64,000 nt of DNA, taken from positions 45,935 to 109,934 of the forward strand of contig NJBH01000001.1 of the NCBI GenBank assembly GCA_005223125.1, given 5' to 3'. Source of the DNA: Promethearchaeota archaeon Loki_b32 (GTDB taxonomy: Archaea > Asgardarchaeota > Lokiarchaeia > Sigyniarchaeales > SOKP01). Numbering within the stretch: the stretch's first letter is position 1; the number at the start of each line of letters is the position of its first letter. The notes under the pieces are model-generated. The model was given only the letters and a program-made list of their open reading frames with translations. It did no database searches and was not told the DNA's origin. A program made the translations under genes and the position numbers. Shown piece by piece: positions 1 through 7,465 of the stretch.

Positions 1-332
1 GTTCTTCATATCGTTTCTATAAAGGTGGAGAGAAAGACGATAGTCAATATTTAGGTATCCTTAAGAGGAAATTAGTCTCAATTAAACCAAAGTATTGGTT
101 TGAAGACCCAAATGCAAATCGTGTTTTCGAGATGAAAGGTAATATATTTACCCTTAAATTCAAAATCCTGAAAGATCGAAAAGAAGTTGCCGAAATAAGC
201 AAAAAATTGTGGAAAAGTATACTTAGAGGTTACTATGGTGTAAAAATGAATCCAGATTTGGATGATGATTCCGCTATACTAATATTAGGGATCGTTTTAA
301 TGCTCCATCACGAGAAAGAAGAAAATAGATAA
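1..332 (+). CDS. C-terminal part of a DUF567/LURP-one-related (tubby-C-like) family protein; 5' end outside window
   Basis: Frame 3 is open from the window edge to the TAA at 330-332; the listed ORF 132..332 is only the last in-frame ATG. '...KYWFEDPNANRVFEMKGNIFTLKFKI...KEVAEISKKLW...YGVKMNPDLDDDSAILILGIVLML' resembles the C-terminal strands of that family from memory. No search run. Confidence 0.4.
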   Translation, partial: SSYRFYKGGEKDDSQYLGILKRKLVSIKPKYWFEDPNANRVFEMKGNIFTLKFKILKDRKEVAEISKKLWKSILRGYYGVKMNPDLDDDSAILILGIVLMLHHEKEENR

Positions 333-900
333 AGCGTTATTTCATTTTTAAATTTCTTTTTTTGTTTTTTTATCCTACGAAAGAAAAAAGCTCCTTGAAA
401 TAGTTTCAGGGCGTATTTTCAACTCCAAAGAGAAATAATTTCCTTGACTATTTCTATTTATTTCTTCTTTTTAAAATAATTGCTAAAGTATAAAATTCCT
501 ATTAAGCGTATTTTTTTTTCGCTTTCTATTTTAAGTTTTAAAAATCATTGAAGATCTTATTAAAAGAAAGTATAACAAAAAATATCATGATGAGAAATGG
601 GATAGATTCATTTACAAATAAAACTTGATTAAAGAGATTGAAACAAAAGGATTTATTGAATTAGCATTTCAATATTTCTACTAAGGAAAATTTTATATTC
701 AATATTTTCGACGATATGAACAATTACTTTTCGAAAATTAGGAGATTTGGAGATTAACGGGATATTCAAATTCATTTAACAATGATTGAGAATGAGAATA
801 GTTGGAATCAATTACTTCAATAGTTAGTTGTTTTTATAATTTTTTAAGAATAAGAAAATTAGATACTTATTGCGTATTATAAAATTAACTCAAGTCCTTC

Positions 901-1060
901 TTATTCTAACTTCTTTACGTTTTCTGGTATTGTTATCCAGTGATTGGCTTTTAAGTTTAAAGATTTAAGTGAGTGTAGGTTTTCTATAGTTTTAGGTATA
1001 CTGCTTAACTTATTATTGCTTAAATTTAAGGTTTTTAGCATCAACATATCTCCAATGTTT
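901..1060 (-). pseudogene. Leucine-rich-repeat gene remnant (3' end only)
   Basis: Minus-strand translation 'IGDMLMLKTLNLSNNKLSSIPKTIENLHSLKSLNLKANHWITIPENVKKLE*' gives two LxxLxLxxNxL units ending at TAA (901-903). There is no start codon and no further LRRs upstream in frame. Confidence 0.6.
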
Positions 1061-1206
1061 TTGAATCCAATTGTCGTAGAACAATAGGGGTTGGCTTCGA
1101 GACAAAAGATATAGATGTAGATAGCAGAGAAGAAAAATTAATGATCTGGGATTTTAGGGGGAAAAAGGTTTCGTTTTATGTTTCCTCAATATATTTATGG
1201 AAATAA
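1039..1206 (+). pseudogene. Ras/Roc-like small GTPase remnant (switch I to switch II only)
   Basis: The frame reads '...RRTIGVGFETKDIDVDSREEKLMIWDFRGKKVSFYVSSIYLWK*'. TIGxxF...hxIWD is the G2-beta2-beta3-G3 pattern of Rab/Roc GTPases. However, DxxGQE is broken (WDFRGKK), there is no P-loop upstream and no G4 downstream. Confidence 0.45.
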
Positions 1207-1298
1207 CATTTTCGATGGCGGAGTAGAAGCTAATCTACAATGAGTTTAGACTCTATAACACAGGTTGGGAGATTAAAAGAGAAATAACGATTATATAA

Positions 1299-1700
1299 TT
1301 AATCCAAAGGAAAAATGTTATTTTTAACTTCTTTTATATCTTTAAGCCCATGATCTGTAGAATAAATTACTAAATTATTTAGATCTGCACATCCACTTAT
1401 ATAAGCATCTACTAGTGATAATAATTGAGGATATTTACATTTAAAAATTCCAGATCTTATTGTTAATTGGTCATTTATATCAAGAATTTTTATTTTACTG
1501 TTTCTAAGAGAAATATTTCTAATTTGGGCGGTTTCTTTGCCTAATTTTTCACATGTCTTATAAAAATTCTCACATAAATTTAATTCTAATGTAAATGCTT
1601 TAATGGTTTCATTTTTTATTTGGTTGAAAATCTTTTTGATGGTTTGATTACCACTAAAAAATAATTCAAAAATCCCTGTATCTAAAAATATACTTTTCAT
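1299..1700 (-). CDS. vapC: PIN-domain toxin (VapC family)
   Basis: 133-aa ORF. It has the N-terminal acidic strand 'IFLDTGIF' and the C-terminal 'IYSTDHGL' typical of PIN nucleases. It starts 22 nt downstream of an AbrB-type antitoxin gene. Confidence 0.8.
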   Translation of the reverse strand: MKSIFLDTGIFELFFSGNQTIKKIFNQIKNETIKAFTLELNLCENFYKTCEKLGKETAQIRNISLRNSKIKILDINDQLTIRSGIFKCKYPQLLSLVDAYISGCADLNNLVIYSTDHGLKDIKEVKNNIFPLD

Positions 1701-1722
1701 AATTTATTTATAATTCTCATTT

Positions 1723-1983
1723 TCATTTTTTCTCAGTTTCCTTTATTCTTTCTTTTCTTCTATCTTCATGTATTTCTCGTATCATTTCATAACCTAATTC
1801 TTTAGAATCAACTCCAAATAAATCTTCTAATTCTATGATTGGAATATATAATAATCCTAGTTTATGTTCTTTAACGATGAGTTTAGACCCATCTTTTATA
1901 TTTAATTTTTTCCTTAATTTTGAAGGAATTGTAACCATTCCTCGACTTGTAACTGTTACTTCGTTTTTCATTTTTATCATCAA
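1723..1983 (-). CDS. vapB: SpoVT/AbrB-type antitoxin (VapB family)
   Basis: 'VTVTSRGMVTIPSKLRKKLNIKDGSKL' is the AbrB looped-hinge-helix motif. It forms a bicistronic pair with the PIN gene. The real start may be the internal MKNEV. Confidence 0.8.
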   Translation of the reverse strand: MMIKMKNEVTVTSRGMVTIPSKLRKKLNIKDGSKLIVKEHKLGLLYIPIIELEDLFGVDSKELGYEMIREIHEDRRKERIKETEKK

Positions 1984-2167
1984 TTAAAATTATAATTTAC
2001 TTGTATTTATAATATTTTTCATGTTTAAAAAAGTTTTTCATGAATAAAATTATAAAATAATGCAAATATAATTTTTGTATTATAAAAATCCTATGCTAAA
2101 AATTAGATTTAAGAATAAAGAGGAAAAATGGTATACAATAAAAATTACGAATGAGGGCTATCCCTAG

Positions 2168-2340
2168 TTATATAATATATTGACAAATCTGTTTATTATT
2201 ATTTAAATTTAGGTTTTTTAGCATCAATATTTCTCCAATTGAATCTGGAATTTTATCAAATTGTTTGAGCTAACGTTTAGATTCTTCAATTTAAAAAGCA
2301 GTCCTCTCGCATTTGGAAATGTTTCAATGTTATTGAAAAG
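2168..2340 (-). pseudogene. Leucine-rich-repeat gene remnant with frameshift and stops
   Basis: Minus strand reads 'NNIETFPNARGLLFKLKNLNVSSNNLIKFQIQLEKY*'. After a -1/+1 shift it reads 'IGEILMLKNLNLNNNKQICQYII*'. The DNA around 2203-2243 is nearly identical to 1015-1056. Confidence 0.55.
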
Positions 2341-2461
2341 TAAAAAAATTATGATAATCGAACCAAAAGATCTGATTCCCATTTTTGCTTCATACTTTTA
2401 ATTTTGTGACATAGAAGATATTTATAAATTTATAAATATAATTTACTTTTATATTTCTATA

Positions 2462-2695
2462 ATGACACAAAAAACTATTTCATTACCTGAAGATGTATAC
2501 AATGCGTTAAAAAAACAAAAGCGTAAAGGAGAATCCTTTTCTGAACTCATCAGCCGGTTATTACACGAAAAACATGCGAGAGAGAGAAATCTAGAAAAAC
2601 TTGCGGGTAGTTTAAAAGAGGATGATGAGTGGGATCGCATTTTGGAGGATATTTACGAAGATCGTAAAAAACCAGCACGATTCAAGGGAGAATAG
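2462..2695 (+). CDS. vapB: Antitoxin of VapB/COG1753-like type
   Basis: 'KTISLPEDVYNALKKQKRKGESFSELISRLL' fits the small archaeal antitoxin pattern (strand then helix). The stop lies just before the start of the PIN gene. Confidence 0.7.
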   Translation: MTQKTISLPEDVYNALKKQKRKGESFSELISRLLHEKHARERNLEKLAGSLKEDDEWDRILEDIYEDRKKPARFKGE

Positions 2696-2698
2696 ATA

Positions 2699-3127
2699 AT
2701 GGGAGTACTTGATTCAGACTTAATTATTGCTTTTTTAAGGGGTAGAGATAATGCGTATGAAGTTTTTCAGGATTTGAAAAAGCAACAAGAAAGCTTAAAA
2801 ACAACGGTATTTAATGTTGCAGAATTATATAAAGGATGTTACGCTATGAGGAATGTCGCAAAAGGTTTACTAAAAGTTAGAAATCTTATTGAATCACTTA
2901 ATGATATTTTAGATTTTAATGAAAAAGCAATTCAAGAGTATGCAAAAATTTCAGCAGATTTAAAGAAGAGAGGAAGTCCCATTGGGACCATGGATGAATT
3001 AATTGCTAGTATATGTCTTGCAAATAATGAAATCTTCTATACGAGAAATAAAGATCATTTTGAAAAGATAGAACAGCTTTCTATAGTAAATTGGTATGAA
3101 ATGGGTGAAAAGCTAAAAATGAAATAA
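2699..3127 (+). CDS. vapC: PIN-domain toxin (VapC family)
   Basis: Contains 'VLDSDLIIAFLRG' (first acidic strand), a conserved E/D further on and 'FYTRNKDHF' near the C-terminus. It is tightly coupled to the upstream antitoxin. Confidence 0.85.
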   Translation: MGVLDSDLIIAFLRGRDNAYEVFQDLKKQQESLKTTVFNVAELYKGCYAMRNVAKGLLKVRNLIESLNDILDFNEKAIQEYAKISADLKKRGSPIGTMDELIASICLANNEIFYTRNKDHFEKIEQLSIVNWYEMGEKLKMK

Positions 3128-3470
3128 AATATAATTAATTTATGGAATGTAGAAAGGATAATCTCTGCTGGTTGATGTGTCTCAGAATTTGAACATGAAT
3201 GAGTTAACTAAATCCAATGGAGATCTTATATCACTAATACCCATATAGAACCTGCTGAAAAACTTATCTACGGAAAAGCATAGATTTTTTGCTCACAATG
3301 AATCATTATCAATTTTGAAATTTAAATTTGAGATTTATAATGGCAATAAAAATTAGCATTTTAATTCGAAATAGTTCTAAACATTCTCTTTCTTTATTTT
3401 AGCATTGACAGTTCCTATACTTTCAATAAATTCTAGAGCTCAAACAACTCAAAGGTTATATCTGAATAAT

Positions 3471-4481
3471 TTAATTAAAAAGTGAATTATTATATCTTTG
3501 GAGAATCTCCCATTTTCCTTCTTTTCTAATTGTGGCGACTTGATGGGTTTTCATAACTTCTAAAATCTCATTAATACCACATTTTTCAGCAGAATAAGTA
3601 CATAAGACAATCATCCGATAGTTTCCTACAACGTTATTAATTTCTTCTTCATAATCAGAAAAATCTTTCCATTCCTTTTTTTCAATCCATGCAGTATTGC
3701 CTGTTACTCTGATACCATTAAAACCTTGGGATATTGCATAATTATATTTTTGAACCCATCCATCGAGAACTCTTTGGAACTTGAATTCTCCATCTTTAAA
3801 GTACCATTCTGTATAAGGAAAGATTTCTATTTGCCCTTTTTTCAAGAATTCATTATAATTTTTTATTTCAGATTTTAATTTCTTTTTAGCTTCTTTCTCA
3901 TTAAGATCTTCTGAAGTAATCCAGACACAAAACTGATTATCTTCTAACCCTTTTTTGATATAGGGTATTAGTATGTCCATGAGATCTTCTTTTTTTTGGT
4001 AAAAATAACAGATATGCGTCCCCCATGGAAAATTGTAATTTAAATTAATATCTAATTGTATCCCCTTTATATCCTTTATAGCTTGGTAATATTTAAGTAA
4101 AATTTCTTTTATTTTAAGAAATTTAGCAGCACTCTCCTCAGAAGATTTATAGAGCCCCTTATATAAATTCTTAATATTTTTAAGTTCTTCTTTAAATTCT
4201 TTTAAAATCGATTGGAAAATTTTTGGAGATATCTGTTCATTGATAATTACCACAGAAATCATAAGATCTTCATATTCCGTCCTCTCCATTTTACTTGGTA
4301 CTGTAAATTTTAAATTAGCTGTTTTAAAAGTTTCATTGTCATAAATAAAGAAATCTTTTTCATGTAAATATAGATGCTTAGGAATAGTTTTAAGGCCATT
4401 AAAGACAAAAGCTTCTGGGATTTTCAAAAAGTTTATAGGTCCTTTAAAAATATTAAAATGACTGAGAATTAATACTCTCAA
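3471..4481 (-). CDS. Two-domain protein: unknown longin/roadblock-like N-terminal module + MEDS sensory domain
   Basis: The C-terminal ~170 aa, 'GTHICYFYQKKEDLMDILIPYIKKGLEDNQFCVWI...GIRVTGNTAWIEKKEW...MIVLCTYSAEKC', fits the MEDS (DcmR-like) domain. The N-terminal ~110 aa is homologous to the N-terminus of 29008..29817. Confidence 0.65.
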   Translation of the reverse strand: MRVLILSHFNIFKGPINFLKIPEAFVFNGLKTIPKHLYLHEKDFFIYDNETFKTANLKFTVPSKMERTEYEDLMISVVIINEQISPKIFQSILKEFKEELKNIKNLYKGLYKSSEESAAKFLKIKEILLKYYQAIKDIKGIQLDINLNYNFPWGTHICYFYQKKEDLMDILIPYIKKGLEDNQFCVWITSEDLNEKEAKKKLKSEIKNYNEFLKKGQIEIFPYTEWYFKDGEFKFQRVLDGWVQKYNYAISQGFNGIRVTGNTAWIEKKEWKDFSDYEEEINNVVGNYRMIVLCTYSAEKCGINEILEVMKTHQVATIRKEGKWEILQRYNNSLFN

Positions 4482-4743
4482 ATTTGGTCTATCTTTTGGA
4501 TAATTTCTTATATGATTATGGAATTATTAAATAAATTATTTTTTTAGTATTTAATAATTTACTTTTATTCGGCACAAATTTGGGTTGTTGGTATGACAAA
4601 CTTATTTCATTCTTATTCTGATTTCTCATTCTATTTAATAATAATATTGGTTGTAGTTGCCGTAATAGCAGTAATTTCAAGTGTGGTTTATTTAAAGATT
4701 TTCAGACCAAGGAAAGGAATAAAAGAGGGCCCCTAATTGAGCT

Positions 4744-5274
4744 TTAAAGGTTCAAAATAAATTCTCCAGAACATTTTTCGCGAGAATTTAGTAGGCACGT
4801 ATCGATTTCAGGCTCGATTGTATGGTTAATTCCCAGAGCATCCAACCAGCAACTAACGCGAAATATCACACCACATTCATATTGTTTGCTAACTCCAATC
4901 ATTTCCATGCCTTTGTAGGCAAAGCATCGGTTCATTTCCCAATGTATCCGATTTTTTTCAGGGAAGGTATACTCAAAGTCCATAAAATCCCCTTTTAATA
5001 TGCTAAAAGCATTACTAATAAAATCTTTTAACTGCTCAAAAGTTTTAGTTTTAACTTTCTCTAATCCCATTGCCTTTTTTATTCTTTGCATTTCAATTAC
5101 TGAAAGAGTTTTAATAGCCGCTTTATTTAGTCTATTAGCGGCATCAATACCTAATTCACGGGCACAGTTATAAAACCATGAACCATCGTGAGTCATCCAA
5201 CATTTAACAAGAAGTTCTTTTAATTGATTTTTATCAAGTTGATCAAATAACGTCATTACCATAATAATTATCAT
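4744..5274 (-). CDS. Cys-containing soluble protein, DUF6125 / ATC-hydrolase-like family (tentative)
   Basis: 176-aa ORF. 'CWMTHDGSWFYNCARELGIDAANRL...' and the C-terminal 'CFAYKGMEMIG...YECGVIFRVSCWLDALG...C...C' pattern are recalled for this family. Not searched. Confidence 0.35.
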   Translation of the reverse strand: MIIIMVMTLFDQLDKNQLKELLVKCWMTHDGSWFYNCARELGIDAANRLNKAAIKTLSVIEMQRIKKAMGLEKVKTKTFEQLKDFISNAFSILKGDFMDFEYTFPEKNRIHWEMNRCFAYKGMEMIGVSKQYECGVIFRVSCWLDALGINHTIEPEIDTCLLNSREKCSGEFILNL

Positions 5275-5550
5275 GTTGATTATATTTAAAAAAGTTAGAA
5301 GTAATCGAACTTATTCTACATTTTTTTTGGAAGAATACCCCAAATGAATAAGTCTATTGGAAATAATTATTTAAATTCCTTTATGTCATGTGAAAAAGCG
5401 GCTGAACTGTGAGATTTATAAGAGTGTATTGATTTTTTTTATGTAGGGTAGAGAGATTTAGATTAATAAATTAACTTTTTATAAAAAAGAATGTAAGTTT
5501 AGTATGTAATTCAGGAAATTTAACTTCTCAAAAGTGGGTTTTTTTATCAA

Positions 5551-6690
5551 ATGGCGGAATATGATTTTACCTTTAAAATAGTACTTGTTGGTGATGCGTC
5601 TGAAGGAAAATCATATTTTGCGAGGAGTTTTTGCTATAATATCTTTAATAGTGATACAAGAATGACTATTGGAGTAGATTTTTTTGTTAGAAGTATAAAC
5701 ATGCTTGGAAAAAATATTAAATTTCAAATATGGGACATGGGGGCCGAGGAAAGATTTAGATTTTTGGTTCCAACATATTGTAGAGGCGCCAGTGGTGGTA
5801 TAATAGTATACGATATCAAAAACGCTAATTCTTTAGCACATATTCTTGAAAATGTTCAGATAATAAGACGAGAAGCTGGAGACGTTCCAATAGTAATAAT
5901 CGGAACTAAATGTGTAGAAGATGATAAAGAACCTTCAAGAGATCAAGGAACACAAATAGATGAATCAGAAGATCGACAAAAAGTTGAAAAGATCTTTGAG
6001 AACTTAGCAGAAACTTTACTTGAAGGAGTTCCCCAAAATATAATAATAGTACCTAAGCCTTTAGAATTAATAAAAAGACCCTACATCGATAAATGGCCAG
6101 AATTCAGAGTAAATGAACACTTAGTACTTAAATTAGAAAGGAATAGAACTAATATATATGTTGGAGGGAGATTATTCAATCATTGCAAGTATTTACTATT
6201 AAATATTGATCATTATGAATTTAAAGAGTATGATGAGATTGAATCTATCGATGAAACGGCAGAAAAGCTTGGGGATTCAATGCACGGAATCGGATTCCAA
6301 AAGTATCATGTATCTCCTGAAACTGAATTTTGGGGGCATTCTTCAAATATTCAAGCTTGGTATGAAAATAAGTACGATACCCGTCTATTACACAGAAACT
6401 TAGCATTTCCCTTGTTGGAAGCTCTTATAAAAACCGGGGATCTTTTGGCAAAAAAAGTATTAAAAGAAGAGATTGCGCAGAGACTTGAAAGTGGTTATCC
6501 TTCAGTGGTTTTGTACTTGATTAAAGAAAAATATTTGAAATATTTAAGTCAAGAAGAATTGAATACAATCTTCGAAAATCCAAAATTTCAAAAGAATTTG
6601 TCAAAATGGTTTAAAGATTCCAAACTTATTCCTAGATGGTTGTCTAGAAAAATTAAATCTAAATTAAAAGATCTGAATTTGTGGAAATAG
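5551..6690 (+). CDS. Ras-superfamily small GTPase-like protein with degenerate G3/G4 motifs and a ~250-aa unknown C-terminal extension
   Basis: G1 is 'GDASEGKS' and G2 is 'RMTIGVDF'. G3 is 'WDMGAEERF' (versus WDTAGQERF) and G4 is 'GTKCVE' (versus NKxD). No SAK-type G5 is visible. The tail contains 'FWGHSSNIQAWYENKYDTRLLHRNLAFPLLEALIKTGDLLAKKVLKEEIAQRLESG'. Confidence 0.75.
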   Translation: MAEYDFTFKIVLVGDASEGKSYFARSFCYNIFNSDTRMTIGVDFFVRSINMLGKNIKFQIWDMGAEERFRFLVPTYCRGASGGIIVYDIKNANSLAHILENVQIIRREAGDVPIVIIGTKCVEDDKEPSRDQGTQIDESEDRQKVEKIFENLAETLLEGVPQNIIIVPKPLELIKRPYIDKWPEFRVNEHLVLKLERNRTNIYVGGRLFNHCKYLLLNIDHYEFKEYDEIESIDETAEKLGDSMHGIGFQKYHVSPETEFWGHSSNIQAWYENKYDTRLLHRNLAFPLLEALIKTGDLLAKKVLKEEIAQRLESGYPSVVLYLIKEKYLKYLSQEELNTIFENPKFQKNLSKWFKDSKLIPRWLSRKIKSKLKDLNLWK

Positions 6691-6711
6691 ATATATTGTT
6701 CTTTATCTATG

Positions 6712-6757
6712 AATTTTATAATTTTATCATTTCATTTATAACAGAAGAAGAACGGGA
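6712..6757 (+). repeat. Short copy of the 5' coding region of the acyl-CoA dehydrogenase gene
   Basis: 6712-6723 matches 15797-15808 at 12/12. After an indel, 6735-6757 matches 15812-15834 at 21/23. It translates as 'FITEEERD' versus 'LITEEERE' in the intact gene. Confidence 0.6.
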
Positions 6758-6824
6758 TTCTATGTTATCGCGAGGGAATAAAAAGGAAATATTTAAATGT
6801 AAAGTATAGTTAGGAAAAGGTCTC

Positions 6825-7277
6825 TCACCCATATCGTTTCGTGTAGTCAATAACTATGCGATTATAATCTTCGGACATCAAGTGAGAAGAAACCATAAAG
6901 TCCGCAGAAGTTCTATTACATGCAATCGGTATGTTCCAAACGACCGCAATCCGTAAAAGCGCTTTTACATCAGGATCATGGGGATGGGATTCAAGGGGAT
7001 CCCAAAAGAAAATGAGAAAATCAATTTCTCCCTCAGTAATCATAGCACCGATCTGTTGATCACCCCCTAATGGACCACTCTTAAAGGTTTTAACTTTAAG
7101 TTTTGTTTCACGTGCTATTAGTGATCCAGTTGTCCCTGTTCCAAATAGATTGTGTTGACTTAATGTTCCTTTGTTATAATCTGCCCATTCTATGAGATCT
7201 TGCTTTCTTTCATCATGGGCAATCAAGGCGATATTTTTTTTCTTTTTCATATTTATATTTATATTTATATTTGACAT
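6825..7277 (-). CDS. mgsA: Methylglyoxal synthase
   Basis: 'IALIAHDERKQDLIEWA...LFGTGTTGSLI...SGPLGGDQQIGAMI...IDFLIFFWDPLESHPHDPDVKALLRIAVVWNIPIACN' is near-textbook MgsA. The likely true start is the second ATG (top coordinate 7250, 'MKKKKNIALIAHD'). The 'MSNINININ' leader is an (ATATTT)4 tract. Confidence 0.9.
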   Translation of the reverse strand: MSNINININMKKKKNIALIAHDERKQDLIEWADYNKGTLSQHNLFGTGTTGSLIARETKLKVKTFKSGPLGGDQQIGAMITEGEIDFLIFFWDPLESHPHDPDVKALLRIAVVWNIPIACNRTSADFMVSSHLMSEDYNRIVIDYTKRYG

Positions 7278-7361
7278 ATAACATCTATTTTTTAACCTAT
7301 GTTATTTCCTAAAAGAAGATTTATTATATAAGATAGTCATATTTTCACAAAAATATAGCTT

Positions 7362-7439
7362 GAAGATTCCAAACTTGTTCCTAGATGGTTGTCTAGAAAA
7401 ATTAAAGCGAAATTAAAAGCCCTGAATTTATGGAAATAA
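7362..7439 (+). repeat. Orphan copy of the last 26 codons of the GTPase-like gene (gene-tail remnant)
   Basis: By hand alignment, 70 of 78 nt are identical to 6613-6690. It reads 'LEDSKLVPRWLSRKIKAKLKALNLWK*' versus 'FKDSKLIPRWLSRKIKSKLKDLNLWK*'. An in-frame TAG lies immediately upstream (7356-7358). Confidence 0.85.
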
Positions 7440-7465
7440 ACCATTCTTTTTTCATTTAGCTTTTC

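Noticed and set aside
586-660. 'atgatga' C-box-like heptamer in the 1-kb non-coding stretch (333-900), considered as a C/D-box sRNA.
   Set aside because: No matching D box (ctga) at the expected 50-70-nt distance and no terminal stem.
4593-4736. 47-aa ORF with one TM helix ('MTNLFHSYSDFSFYLIIILVVVAVIAVISSVVYLKIFRPRKGIKEGP').
   Set aside because: Plausible as a small membrane protein, but nothing beyond hydrophobicity supports it. In AT-rich DNA such ORFs arise easily.
7249-7272. (ATATTT)4 hexamer microsatellite at the 5' end of mgsA, giving an 'MSNINININ' leader.
   Set aside because: It is probably not coding. MgsA homology starts at the second Met (top coordinate 7250). On the coding strand the tract reads (AAATAT)4 about 1-27 nt upstream of that ATG. 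This is more consistent with a TATA-like promoter of a leaderless mRNA than with a peptide repeat. I could not verify this, so it is not listed as a regulatory feature.
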